64,000 bases of DNA from a bacterium (GTDB lineage Bacteria > Verrucomicrobiota > Verrucomicrobiia > Limisphaerales > UBA11358): assembly GCA_021817945.1 (NCBI GenBank), contig JAKAFL010000013.1:4559-68558 (forward strand), given 5' to 3'. Made by a program: the position numbers and the translations under genes. A model generated the notes under the pieces. That model had not been told where the DNA came from, did not search any database, and saw only the letters and a program-made list of their open reading frames with translations. The number at the start of each line of letters is the position of its first letter. The stretch's first letter is position 1. Positions 9,909 through 21,292 of this stretch are shown in pieces.

Positions 9909-11278
9909 TGGCCACGCAGCATGAAAGTGACCTCGGATTCACTCACAATTTCATCCTTCACCTTGCAAACCCCCCGCGCCTTGCCAATCTTTCCGCGTGA
10001 TTTGATCAATTCCACTTCAATCACCAGCACATCGCCCGGGAAAACAGGTTTGCGCCATTTGACCTTATCGGCAGCCATGAAGTAAGCCAGTTGCCCCAGG
10101 TTTTCAGCCCGGCGCAGCATGAGAATGCCCGCCACCTGGGCCACAGCCTCCAGTTGCAAAACCCCGGGCATAATGGGATGATTCGGAAAATGCCCCTGAA
10201 AGTACGGCTCATTGATGGTTACGTTTTTAAAGGCGGTGATGAGGTTGCCTTCCATCTTCAACACTCCATCCACCATCAAAAATGGATAGCGATGCGGCAG
10301 AACTTTCATGACCTGCTCCACATCCAGCGATCCCCCGCCCTCCAGCTTCTCCAGAAAATCATCCCGTTCCGAAGTTGCAGCCGGTGACTTGACCGGTTCG
10401 GGCCGCGCCTCCGGCGGGGGACCAAACGCCTGGGCCGCGCGCAGAGGCTTGTTCATTTGGGCCACGATCAGGCGGGCAAACTCGCAATTGGCAGCGTGGC
10501 TGGGTCGCACCGCCGTGACATGGCCGCGGATGGCGCGGCCAACCAGCGAAATATCCCCCACAATATCCAGTATCTTGTGCCGCACAAACTCCTCAGGGTA
10601 GCGCAGGGGTTCCGTGGTCAGCACCGCATCGTCACGGATGACGATGGCGTTTTCCAGGCTGCCTCCCTTGATCAGCCCATTTTTGATCAAATACTCGATT
10701 TCCTCAAAAAAACAAAACGTGCGGGCCTGGCACAATTCCTTTTCCCAGGTCTTGGAATTGATTTCAGTGCTGAAAAATTGGGTGAACCGCCCATTTTTTC
10801 CCGCGCTGGTGCAGGTGACCCTGAAGACTTCGTCGGGAAATAGGGTCATGACGGTCTCACCCATTTTCAATTCAATCGGTTCAACAGGCGTCCAGACCTC
10901 CCGCTGTTCAGTTTGAGAGACCACTCCAGCCGACTGAATAAGACGCGTGAACTCCCTGGAACTGCCATCAGCAATGGGTGGCTCGTTGGCATCCAACTCC
11001 ACCACGGCATTATCAACCCCCACACCGGCCAGGGCGGCCAAAACATGCTCCACGGTATGGATTTTAACGCTACCCTTGACGAGGGTTGTTGAACGACTTG
11101 TCTCGCCTACAAATTCCACCCGGGCTTCGATCTCGGGTTTCCCTTCCAGGTCAGTGCGGCGAAACCGGATCCCATGGTTGGCCGGCGCGGGCAGGATGGA
11201 CATGCTGACCCTCCCGCCACTATGCAGGCCCACCCCGGAAAAAGTGATGGAACGGTTTAGAGTTTGCTGGTTAAGCAC
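9905..11278 (-). CDS. lpxC: Bifunctional LpxC-FabZ
   Basis: GVGLHSG, TVEHVLAAL, HKILD (LpxC) fused to LPHRYPFL, FQGHFP..PIMPGVL (FabZ). Confidence 0.95.
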   Translation of the reverse strand: MLNQQTLNRSITFSGVGLHSGGRVSMSILPAPANHGIRFRRTDLEGKPEIEARVEFVGETSRSTTLVKGSVKIHTVEHVLAALAGVGVDNAVVELDANEPPIADGSSREFTRLIQSAGVVSQTEQREVWTPVEPIELKMGETVMTLFPDEVFRVTCTSAGKNGRFTQFFSTEINSKTWEKELCQARTFCFFEEIEYLIKNGLIKGGSLENAIVIRDDAVLTTEPLRYPEEFVRHKILDIVGDISLVGRAIRGHVTAVRPSHAANCEFARLIVAQMNKPLRAAQAFGPPPEARPEPVKSPAATSERDDFLEKLEGGGSLDVEQVMKVLPHRYPFLMVDGVLKMEGNLITAFKNVTINEPYFQGHFPNHPIMPGVLQLEAVAQVAGILMLRRAENLGQLAYFMAADKVKWRKPVFPGDVLVIEVELIKSRGKIGKARGVCKVKDEIVSESEVTFMLRGQ

Positions 11279-11489
11279 AGCAAATTACACCCAATTCCGG
11301 GCCTGTTGGCAAGAATGCACTCGCTTCAATTTCACCCCCTTATTGGCTTCCCAAACCGCCATTGCGTGATACAGCCGGCCCTGTCCAGGCGCCTCGCCGA
11401 GGCTTGATCCACCATCCTGCAAGGTCACTTTTATTCTGGCCGCCCTTCGAGGTTCAGGGTAAATCTATGCCCATAGGAACCGTTTTTCC

Positions 11490-12329
11490 ATGATAGCATT
11501 TCTCAACGGAAAATTTTTGCCCGGTCAAGAGGCTTTCATTTCCATCAATGACCGGGGCTTTTTACTGGGCGATGGACTGTTTGAAACCATCCGCGTGGCT
11601 CGCGGCCGGCCCTTCCGGATGGCGCAGCATTTGGAGCGGCTGATGCGCGGTCTGGACTTGTTCAAGCTTGCGCCGGGATTTTCCGCCAGAGAAATGCAGG
11701 GATACGCCGCGGAACTGATTCGCTTGAACTCGCTGGATGAAGGGGTGCTTCGGCTGACGGTGAGCCGGGGAAGCGGCGAACGGGGATATTCCGTCCGGGG
11801 ACAACAGGTTCCCACGGTGGCGCTGACGCTGCATGAACTCCCCGCCCCTGCGACGGATGAACCATTGCAATGGAGCCTGGTCACCTCTCCCTACCGGTTG
11901 CCGGCCAGTGACGGGGTGGGCGGAATCAAATCCATCAGCCGCGCCCTCAATGTGCTGGCCCGGGCTGAAGCCGAGGCGCGTGGAGCGGACGAGGCTTTGC
12001 TGCTCAACACCAACGGCGAGGCAGCCGAAGCCGCGGGCGGCAATCTCTTCTGGATATACCGGGAACAGGTTTGCACCGTCCCAACGGGGCGCGGAGTGCT
12101 TCCCGGCATCACCCGCGCCGTCGTCCTGGAGATTTGCCAAAATCTGGGGTTAGCCACCAACAAACGGGTGATCAAACCCGAGATGCTCCGAAATGCGGAA
12201 GGTCTTTTCATCACCAACAGCGCCTTGGGAATAGTGCCGGTGGCGGCCTTTGATGGCGAACCCGTGGCTCCTTCCCCCCTGGTGGACCAAATTGCCAACG
12301 CCTACGATGCACTGCTACAAAATGAATGA
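11490..12329 (+). CDS. Class IV PLP aminotransferase (IlvE/PabC/Dat family)
   Basis: DRGFLLGDGLFETIR, HLERL, ADEALLLN, LPGITR. Confidence 0.9.
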   Translation: MIAFLNGKFLPGQEAFISINDRGFLLGDGLFETIRVARGRPFRMAQHLERLMRGLDLFKLAPGFSAREMQGYAAELIRLNSLDEGVLRLTVSRGSGERGYSVRGQQVPTVALTLHELPAPATDEPLQWSLVTSPYRLPASDGVGGIKSISRALNVLARAEAEARGADEALLLNTNGEAAEAAGGNLFWIYREQVCTVPTGRGVLPGITRAVVLEICQNLGLATNKRVIKPEMLRNAEGLFITNSALGIVPVAAFDGEPVAPSPLVDQIANAYDALLQNE

Positions 12330-12337
12330 ACATCTGA

Positions 12338-12418
12338 GCCCGAAAAACGAAATTCAAAAGGCCAATCTGCCCCAATCTACCAGGCGCATCTTGACCCTTT
12401 GCATTTCGCTTTTCGGGC
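12338..12418. mobile_element. MITE family A, internally deleted copy (81 bp)
   Basis: Both TIRs present; TGA/TAA flanks; interior joined at a CGCA microhomology. Confidence 0.8.
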
Positions 12419-12462
12419 TAAAACGATCTTGGCGGATGCATTGCGCCGGGTAACATTCGTTT

Positions 12463-13695
12463 GTGCCGAACTCGCAGAAAAAGCGCCACCGCCCGAAAAA
12501 GCGCGGGAAGTCCGGCAGACTTTGGACCGTATTGCTGATCCTGGCGGCACTGGGATTGGCGTTCTTATGGTTTCAATCACAGCGGCACCGTCTCTTTGAT
12601 GGCGGCATGGAGGCGCCCAAAGTAGGGCACTCGCTCCCGAAGGCGGCCGAAAACCCGGCGGTTGCCGTCACCCCACCGGGCCTGACACCCATTCCAGCGC
12701 CCGCTCCGGCACAACCGCCCACCCCTGGCCCACCACCCGAAGTCACCGCATCCACACCTCCCGCAGCCAACCCACAGCAGGCAACTGCCGGCCAGCCTGA
12801 TATTTCCGGCCCTTCGGGTTACCCTCGTCCGGCTCGCACCCCCTTTGAAATCCAGGTGGCATTGGCGCGTCATCTCATGTCTCCAGGCTCGATTGATGGC
12901 CGGATGGGTCCCCAAACCCGCGCGGCCCTTGCGGCCTATAAAACCATTTCAACCGCCAATCCCGACGAGGGTCCAGGTGCGGCGCCTGCCCAAAATCTCA
13001 CCCTGAAAAACCTGGTCCTGGACATGCCCGCTTTGACCAATTACATCGTCACCTCCAATGACTTGGATTCGCTGCAGCCCATGGGAACCACCTGGCTGGC
13101 CAAATCCAGGCAAACCGCTTTGGCCTACGAAACGGAATTGGAGTTGATCGGTGAAAAAGCGCATTCCAGTCCCACCCTGATACGCAAACTGAACCCGGGC
13201 GTGGATTGGTCCGGCATTTCCCCAGGTACGCAGGTGCGAATCCCTGACGTGACTTATCCTGACCCGGAGTCCAAGGCAGCCTTCGTGGTCATTCACTTGG
13301 GCGAAAGGTTTTTGGAGGCATTTGATTCCCAATCCAATTTGATGGCTCATTTCCCATGCAGCATTGCCGCCAAGGTGGAAAAAAGGCCGGTGGGTGAGCT
13401 TCATGTCATTGTGGTGGCGCCGCACCCCAATTACACCGTGAATCCGGACTTATTTCCCGAATCCAGCGAACTTCAAGCCTTGGGCCATAAATTGATCCTT
13501 CCGCCAGGCCCCAACAACCCGGTGGGTGTGGCATGGATTGGATTGGACCGCCCGGGATACGGCATCCATGGAACACCCAACCCGGAGGAAGTGGGACGCA
13601 CGGAATCGCATGGATGTTTTCGTCTGGCCAACTGGGATGCGGAATACATGGTCAAGCTGGCCTGGCTGGGCATGCCTGTGGAAGTGGTGCCCTGA
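12463..13695 (+). CDS. L,D-transpeptidase with N-terminal membrane anchor, PG-binding and LysM-like domains
   Basis: GYGIHGT...SHGCFRL catalytic motif; IDGRMGPQTRAAL; Pro-rich linker. Confidence 0.9.
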   Translation: MPNSQKKRHRPKKRGKSGRLWTVLLILAALGLAFLWFQSQRHRLFDGGMEAPKVGHSLPKAAENPAVAVTPPGLTPIPAPAPAQPPTPGPPPEVTASTPPAANPQQATAGQPDISGPSGYPRPARTPFEIQVALARHLMSPGSIDGRMGPQTRAALAAYKTISTANPDEGPGAAPAQNLTLKNLVLDMPALTNYIVTSNDLDSLQPMGTTWLAKSRQTALAYETELELIGEKAHSSPTLIRKLNPGVDWSGISPGTQVRIPDVTYPDPESKAAFVVIHLGERFLEAFDSQSNLMAHFPCSIAAKVEKRPVGELHVIVVAPHPNYTVNPDLFPESSELQALGHKLILPPGPNNPVGVAWIGLDRPGYGIHGTPNPEEVGRTESHGCFRLANWDAEYMVKLAWLGMPVEVVP

Positions 13696-13720
13696 AAAAC
13701 CAGTGGGTGGCGCGAAAAGA

Positions 13721-13766
13721 AAAAAGCCCCGCTGGATTCTTCCCATGAGGAACCCAAAGCGAGGCT
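13721..13766. terminator. Possible hairpin terminator between convergent genes
   Basis: AGCCCCGCT...AGCGAGGCT imperfect stem preceded by an A run (U tail on the minus strand). Confidence 0.4.
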
Positions 13767-13864
13767 GCCTGGAGGAACAAACAGGCGTTGATGATGCGGC
13801 CAACCCAGATTCAGGACCGGCTGCCACCCCGGAGGATGGGTGACAGCCGATTCTGGCTGGCGGC

Positions 13865-14722
13865 TCACTCAAAGGCGTTTTTTGCGGCAGGCGCCGAAGA
13901 AGCTGCCGGCGTTTCCGGCGCTACGGGCGTGGCCCGAACCGACTTGACTTCCGCCGCAGTCACCTCAAGACCCGAATTGCCGAAGGAGTTGTAAACATAG
14001 GTCAAAACATCGGCAATATTCTCATCCGTGAGCGGGAAGGATGGCATGCTGTTGTTGTAGGTCTGGCCATTCACCACCACCTCACCCTGGCGCCCATGGA
14101 TCACAATGCCAATGGCGCGATTTTTGTCTGCGTTCAAGAAGTCTGAACCTGCCAAAGGCGGGAAGACATTGGGCCTTCCCAGTCCGGTGGGTTGGTGACA
14201 GGCAGCACAGATGGAGGCAAAAAGGTGCTGACCCGCCTGGATGCGCTCCTCCTTGTTCTGTGGAGCAGCGGACACGGCAACCTCGCCCTGTGCACCCCCC
14301 TGGTCCACCCATCTCCGGATGATCAGGCGCTGGTTTTCCGTCAACTCCATGGATTCAGGACTGTTCTGAATGGGCATGGATTCCATGTAATAGCTTCCTC
14401 TCCAGCTATCCCAGATGCGGCGCCGGATTTCCCATCGGTCGTTATACGCAGTGCCGTAATCCAGCCAGTTATAAAGAAAACGCGACTCCTGGTTGTGGCA
14501 GCGCGAACAGTTGCCCATCAAAATGGGCAGCACATCCCGCAAATAGGTGGGATGGTCGGGAACAGTTGATGCGGGCAATCCATTGGTTTCCTGGGCTGCG
14601 ACCGACGAGGCTAATCCAGCGACCATAAGACCCAGCAGCGGGCGAATCTTCAGGCCGAATGAATTTGGAAGGAAAGCGATTCGGTTGTTCATTTTATTTT
14701 TCATGGCAAATGATGCAATCAA
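13865..14722 (-). CDS. Exported di-heme cytochrome c
   Basis: Signal peptide; CSRCH and CAACH; C-terminal domain (FPPLAGSDFL...SMP) resembles the cytochrome c domain fused to some NirK proteins; true start may be a downstream Met. Confidence 0.85.
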   Translation of the reverse strand: MIASFAMKNKMNNRIAFLPNSFGLKIRPLLGLMVAGLASSVAAQETNGLPASTVPDHPTYLRDVLPILMGNCSRCHNQESRFLYNWLDYGTAYNDRWEIRRRIWDSWRGSYYMESMPIQNSPESMELTENQRLIIRRWVDQGGAQGEVAVSAAPQNKEERIQAGQHLFASICAACHQPTGLGRPNVFPPLAGSDFLNADKNRAIGIVIHGRQGEVVVNGQTYNNSMPSFPLTDENIADVLTYVYNSFGNSGLEVTAAEVKSVRATPVAPETPAASSAPAAKNAFE

Positions 14723-14746
14723 GTTGGGTTTGTTAATTTCCTTGCA

Positions 14747-16120
14747 TTAAAATCCATAGGACAGTTGAAGGAGAAAATCGTCCACCTGGGTTGGATCAGG
14801 GCTATGCAGGAATTCATAGTCTCCCTCCACAAGGAAGGTGTTGGAGATATAATAGACAAATCCTGCGGTGTAACGCTCCACACGGGGATTGATGCCGTCA
14901 TGGACTGAGTCATACCGTCCCACCAACTGGACATTGTTGATGCCTGGCAGCTCCAGGTTGAGGCCAGCCAGACGATAGGAAGCCTGGGCAAACCATCCCT
15001 GCTGGGTCACTTCACCGGCATCGCTGCCATATTGGGTCATGATATACTCACCGGTGAACTTGAAGTTGATACCCAAGTCCAGCGCCGCATCCAAAACCCC
15101 GCCCGCCCACATGTGGCTGTTGATGGTATTATCCCATTGGCCGGCCATTCCTGAAACCCCTAATTCCACATCATAATGCGGCTTATAGAAAGGCATGAAA
15201 TAGCCCAATCGTCCGCCACCGCTTGGATTTCCATTAAGGCTGGCCACTGCATTGTTGTTGCGCAAACCCACGTTTCCGCCCAAGTCCAGCGATGTGGGGC
15301 TGCCGGTGCCATCGTTCGAACTGGGGCCATTGACCCCATAAACCGCGTACTCAAGATATTGGCCGGATTCACCAAAGGGAACAGAACCGCGAAGTTCGGC
15401 GCCCACGCCAGTTGCAGGGATCAGCGAATCCACCGCCAGCGGATTATCTGGAATCAGGTTGAGCCAACCGGCGCCCCGTTCTGTGTATGTCCCCAAGGGC
15501 AGCAACAGCTCACCAGCACAAAGGGTCATGTAATCATTCATGACATAGTCCAACTGCGCAAAGCTCAGGTTGAAGGTTGTGCCATAGCCCATATCATGGC
15601 CCGGCGGCACTGAATTCGGATTGGACCCATTTTGCAGGATGGTGTCAAATCCCGCCTCAAACAGGATGTTGTCGCCGCCACGATAGAGAAAAATGGGAGC
15701 GAAATCCGCCAGCAAAAAGCCGCCGTTCTGGCCCGAGGTCTTGTCATATTGAAACTCCGCATCCCCGAGCATTTGGAAATTGTGGTTCACTGTGGCTTCA
15801 TCAATGGGCACGCGCGGGGGTGGCTGGCTCTGAACCTCCGCCACTTCATCGCTCTTTTGCTTAGCCTCGGTGGCAGTCTGCTGCGTCTGGGCCAGCTTCG
15901 TCTGAAGATCCTGGATTTGCTGGACATCCAACTGGTGCTTCTGGTTCTGGACCTGATTGGTCGTCTGCAAATCATGCACCTCCTGGCTAAGCTGACCCAC
16001 CAGTTCCTTGAGCGCGTTAAAATCCGCGTCGCTCACCTCCGCCCGCGCCGCCTGTGCCTGGGCCAGGCATAACAGGCCGGTGGTCGCTGCCATTCCGTAT
16101 CGAATCACATTGGTTTTCAT
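14747..16120 (-). CDS. Outer-membrane beta-barrel (porin-like) with N-terminal coiled coil
   Basis: Signal peptide ending AQAARA, Gln-rich coiled coil, amphipathic strands, terminal LQLSYGF. Confidence 0.8.
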   Translation of the reverse strand: MKTNVIRYGMAATTGLLCLAQAQAARAEVSDADFNALKELVGQLSQEVHDLQTTNQVQNQKHQLDVQQIQDLQTKLAQTQQTATEAKQKSDEVAEVQSQPPPRVPIDEATVNHNFQMLGDAEFQYDKTSGQNGGFLLADFAPIFLYRGGDNILFEAGFDTILQNGSNPNSVPPGHDMGYGTTFNLSFAQLDYVMNDYMTLCAGELLLPLGTYTERGAGWLNLIPDNPLAVDSLIPATGVGAELRGSVPFGESGQYLEYAVYGVNGPSSNDGTGSPTSLDLGGNVGLRNNNAVASLNGNPSGGGRLGYFMPFYKPHYDVELGVSGMAGQWDNTINSHMWAGGVLDAALDLGINFKFTGEYIMTQYGSDAGEVTQQGWFAQASYRLAGLNLELPGINNVQLVGRYDSVHDGINPRVERYTAGFVYYISNTFLVEGDYEFLHSPDPTQVDDFLLQLSYGF

Positions 16121-16152
16121 GAATATCAAATCAAACAAGGTTCAGGTTGGGT

Positions 16153-16539
16153 TTATCGTCCGCTGTTATCTTGGAGGTACTTGAGAATCAAACGCGACTG
16201 CGCCACCGGTATTTGGGCCCGAACTTGCATGTGCAGCATGATGGTCTTCCATGTGGCTGCGGTGCGCTCGGTGGGATACCTTTCCGGATGGCACCGATTG
16301 CAATGAATGGAATACAACTCCGCGCCCGTAAGCTTGTGAACGATTTGGGCCGGGGGAGGGGTTGGGGCTTGAATTGCGCCCTCGGAAACAGCCGGGGCAT
16401 TCGTTGACGGGTCTGCCAGCAATGGATTTGCGGCCACACTGCCAAACCAGGCGACGGCGGCCAGCGCCACCAGCGTGGCGCAAGTGCGGAGGTTTCTGTT
16501 TTTTTTCTGTTTCATAGTCATGGTTTCAGGATGTTTCAA
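16153..16539 (-). CDS. Small exported mono-heme cytochrome c
   Basis: Signal peptide; GAELYSIHCNRCH; candidate distal Met in HMQVRA. Confidence 0.85.
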   Translation of the reverse strand: MKHPETMTMKQKKNRNLRTCATLVALAAVAWFGSVAANPLLADPSTNAPAVSEGAIQAPTPPPAQIVHKLTGAELYSIHCNRCHPERYPTERTAATWKTIMLHMQVRAQIPVAQSRLILKYLQDNSGR

Positions 16540-16840
16540 TCATGCTCAATCGCCAGGCGCTTCATGGCATTAATCGCCCACCAGGCTTTCCATTAGTGAA
16601 AAGTTAGCCGATTCACAAAAAACGACTCTCCAACCATTGCTTGAGAATGAACATCCTTTGCCCTATGCCTGCCTTTTGATTTTAAAGATTCAAAGCCCCT
16701 CACGAGGATTCTGGAAGCCCCTAACGTCCTCATCGAAACCAATGCGCGACAAAAATGAGGAACCCCTCATGAATGTGCCAACGGATAAAACCTCAATTCC
16801 CGGGATGCCAAAACGGCCCTTGAATCTGCAAGATTCTTCA

Positions 16841-16874
16841 ACCCGAAAAGCGAAATGGAAAGGTCAAGATGCGG
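16841..16874. mobile_element. MITE family A, single-end fragment
   Basis: ACCCGAAAAGCGAAATGGAAAGGTCAAGATGCGG preceded by TCA. Confidence 0.75.
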
Positions 16875-17531
16875 AGGGGCGGAAAGCCCTGAGGCAGGAA
16901 CGGAGTGTGCCCCTGATGGAGGCATTGCACGGACGCATCCAGGAAATCCGACAGCAAATGGCGCCGGGCGGTAGGCTGGCGCAGGCATGCGACTATGCGC
17001 TGAGGCAGTGGTGCCGGGTGAGCGTGTATCTGGCCCGAAAAGCGAAATGGAAAGGGTCAAGATGCCGCAAGATGCTGGAGCGGAAACTCTTTGGAAAAAT
17101 CGAAGCCATACCCGAAGCGGTCTGGCGAGATTTTCCCAATGAGTTTGCACCCAGTAGATTGGGGCAGATTGGCCCTTTGAATTTCGTTTTTCGGGTCTAG
17201 AGCACGGGAGGGTGGAAACAGATTCGAACTGGTGTGAAGGGGCGATGAGGCCGGTGGCGTTGGGCCGGAAGAACTGGCTTCACATAGGCAGCCCTGAGAC
17301 GGGGCCCAAAATGGCGGCGATCGCCTCGATCGTGGAGACGTGCCGCCGATTAGACGTGAACTTGCGGACCTATTTGATGGATGTCCTGCCCCGGCTTGGC
17401 GATTGGCAACCACACGGGTGGCGGAGCTTACGCCCGTCGCTTGGAAAGCGGTTCACCTCAAAATCTCCTGACATCCCAGCAGTCTATCACAGCCATAAAG
17501 CCTCACCATACGGGGTTGCTGACACGAATAC
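16875..17531 (+). pseudogene. IS66-family transposase (TnpC) 3' remnant with right end, interrupted by a MITE
   Basis: LAQACDYALRQW..VYL / EHGRVETDSNWCEGAMRPVALGRKNWL..GS...SIVETCR; terminal GGGGTTGCTGACACGAATAC. Confidence 0.88.
17033..17196. mobile_element. MITE family A, full copy inserted in IS66 tnpC
   Basis: Flanks CTG/CTA; removing the element plus one flank restores the in-frame Y-L-E-H-G-R-V-E. Confidence 0.9.
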
Positions 17532-17804
17532 AAATCAACGACAGAAATGACAGGCACGAATTGCACCGTGGACGCCGCCCGCAACGGCCCGGAAAAGCCA
17601 AAACAGCTTTTAAGAAAAGAAAGGCTTATTGATCCAATTTCCAAACCAAAGAAAATTGGGCAAATCGGTTCCTTACCCATCAAATTCCTGCTTTTCGCAG
17701 GGCACCTTTCAGGCCAGACTTGAATTAATAACAGTCGTTCGGCGTTTGCCGCAAAATGCTCCAATAGTAAGGCTAAATTGAATCTTTTTCGCCGCTGATC
17801 AACC

Positions 17805-19010
17805 ATGACTTCAAATTCTTTCGACATGGCCGTAGTGGGAGGTGGAATTCTGGGGCTGGCCACTGCCTTTCGATTGCTGGAAAAGCGGCCAGGACTGCGG
17901 CTTCTGCTCATTGAAAAGGAGATCCGGCTCGCCGGCCATCAGACCGGCAACAACAGCGGCGTACTCCATTCCGGCCTCTACTACAAGCCGGGTTCGGCCA
18001 AGGCGCGTCTCTGCGTTTCAGGCTTGAGGGAAATGGTGCAATTTTGCCAAACCCACGGGGTGGCACATGACATCTGCGGAAAAATAGTCCTGGCCACCCA
18101 GGCCGATCAATTGCCCCGGTTGGAAACCCTCTGGCAACGGAGTCATGCCAATGGGATGCTGGGCCTGCGACGCCTGGACCCGCCGCAAATCAAGGAAATC
18201 GAGCCGCATGCCAGCGGTGTTGCGGCAATCCATGTTCCACAGGAAGGCATCGTGGATTATCCCGCCGTTTGCGAAACCTTGGCGCGCTTGATTCAACATA
18301 ATGGAGGCGAAATACGGCTGGGCACCCGGATGCTTCGTTTTGTTCATCAGGATGGGCAGTCCATCCTTGCCACCACTGCGGGCGATTTCCACACCCGGTT
18401 CATTGTGACTTGCGGCGGTTTGCATGCGGACCTCCTTGCACGGGCTTCAGGTTGCCAACCTTCCGCCAGGGTGATTCCATTCCGTGGTGAATTCTACCAA
18501 CTCAGGGCAGACCGCCAGTATTTGGTTCGTCACCTTATCTACCCGGTTCCAGACCCGCGATTCCCCTTTTTGGGAGTGCATCTTACGCGCCTCGTCCGCG
18601 GCGGCATTGAAGCGGGTCCCAATGCTGTCCTCGCTCTCGCCCGGGAGGGTTATGGCTGGACTTGCATCAACCCGGCCGATTTGGCCGGCTCGCTCCTTTA
18701 TCCGGGTCTATGGCGGTTTTTGGCCCGGTATCCCACCATGTGCACCTACGAGATATACCGCTCATTGTCCAAGTCTGAATTCACGCGGTCCATCCAAAAA
18801 CTGGTGCCGGAAATTCAGGAAAACGACCTGGTCCCGTGCAGAGCCGGGGTTCGGGCCCAACCCATGCTGCCCAATGGACATCTTGTGGAGGATTTCTGCT
18901 TTGAGGAAAAGCCAGGCCAATTGCATGTTCTCAATGCCCCGTCCCCGGCCGCCACGGCATCACTGGCTCTCGGCGCGGAGATTGCAGAAAAAGCTCTTGC
19001 CAGGCTTTGA
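17805..19010 (+). CDS. lhgO: L-2-hydroxyglutarate oxidase-like FAD oxidoreductase
   Basis: VVGGGILGLATA, HQTGNNSGVLHSGLYY, PFLGVH, NAPSPAATASL. Confidence 0.9.
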   Translation: MTSNSFDMAVVGGGILGLATAFRLLEKRPGLRLLLIEKEIRLAGHQTGNNSGVLHSGLYYKPGSAKARLCVSGLREMVQFCQTHGVAHDICGKIVLATQADQLPRLETLWQRSHANGMLGLRRLDPPQIKEIEPHASGVAAIHVPQEGIVDYPAVCETLARLIQHNGGEIRLGTRMLRFVHQDGQSILATTAGDFHTRFIVTCGGLHADLLARASGCQPSARVIPFRGEFYQLRADRQYLVRHLIYPVPDPRFPFLGVHLTRLVRGGIEAGPNAVLALAREGYGWTCINPADLAGSLLYPGLWRFLARYPTMCTYEIYRSLSKSEFTRSIQKLVPEIQENDLVPCRAGVRAQPMLPNGHLVEDFCFEEKPGQLHVLNAPSPAATASLALGAEIAEKALARL

Positions 19011-19173
19011 CCCCGAAAAGCGAAATGGAAAGGGTCAAGATGCGGCAAGATACTGGAGCGAAAACCCTTCGGAAAAATCGAAGCCATACCCGAAGCGGTC
19101 TGTGAGATTTTTCCAACGCGTTTCCGCCCGGTAGATTGGGGCGGATTGGCCTTTCGCATTTTGCTTTTCAGGT
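19011..19173. mobile_element. MITE family A, full copy inserted at the lhgO stop codon
   Basis: TIRs; TGA duplicated at 19008-19010 (lhgO stop) and 19174-19176. Confidence 0.87.
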
Positions 19174-19219
19174 TGAATCCGGTCCGGCATTTCCACCGGT
19201 GTCTGCCCCAGCCAAGAGG

Positions 19220-19250
19220 AAAAAGGCGCGGGGCAAATGCCTCGCGCCTT
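19220..19250 (-). terminator. Intrinsic terminator of the atp operon
   Basis: Minus strand AAGGCGCGAGGC-attt-GCCCCGCGCC-TTTTT, just downstream of atpC. Confidence 0.8.
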
Positions 19251-19272
19251 CCTCCAGAAATGGTGGACCGGG

Positions 19273-19680
19273 TCAGGAATGAGTGCGGCGCTTTACTTTC
19301 AACTGGGCGGTGGCATGCGCCAGGGAGGCATGCACCAAGGCTGCATCCTCTTCGCTGATCTTTTCAGCCAGGCGCGCCTCGGCCCTTTTGCGGGCTTCCT
19401 CCGCCTTGGCTTCGTCAATATTTTCCGCGCGAATGGCCATGTCCGTGAGAATAGCCACGCGTTCCCCGGTGACTTGCACGAACCCGTCTCCAACCGCCAG
19501 AAAAAGGTTTTGCCCGTTTTTTCGGGCCACCACTTCGCCGGCCTGCAATTGGGTCATGAGCGGCATGTGCTGGGGCAGGATGCCCATTTCGCCCTCGCTG
19601 CCAGTCAGGGTGACCATCTCCACATCCTCGGAGAAGGTGATGGCCTCGGGGGTCACTATTTCCAGTTTTATGGTAGCCAT
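19273..19680 (-). CDS. atpC: F1 ATP synthase epsilon subunit
   Basis: LEIVTPE, GEMGILPQH; operon position. Confidence 0.95.
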   Translation of the reverse strand: MATIKLEIVTPEAITFSEDVEMVTLTGSEGEMGILPQHMPLMTQLQAGEVVARKNGQNLFLAVGDGFVQVTGERVAILTDMAIRAENIDEAKAEEARKRAEARLAEKISEEDAALVHASLAHATAQLKVKRRTHS

Positions 19681-19724
19681 GTCATTGGAGGCATGCCTTT
19701 GCGGGCGCCCAATGGCGCCCGTGC

Positions 19725-21245
<1,521 letters not shown>

Positions 21246-21292
21246 TCATCAATCCCCGTTCAGCCTCTTCGCCTCCATGACTGCCGTATTCC

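Noticed and set aside
16637-17200. 187-aa ORF with an internal RKAKWKG repeat
   Set aside because: Chimera read through two MITE ends and an IS66 fragment; not a real gene
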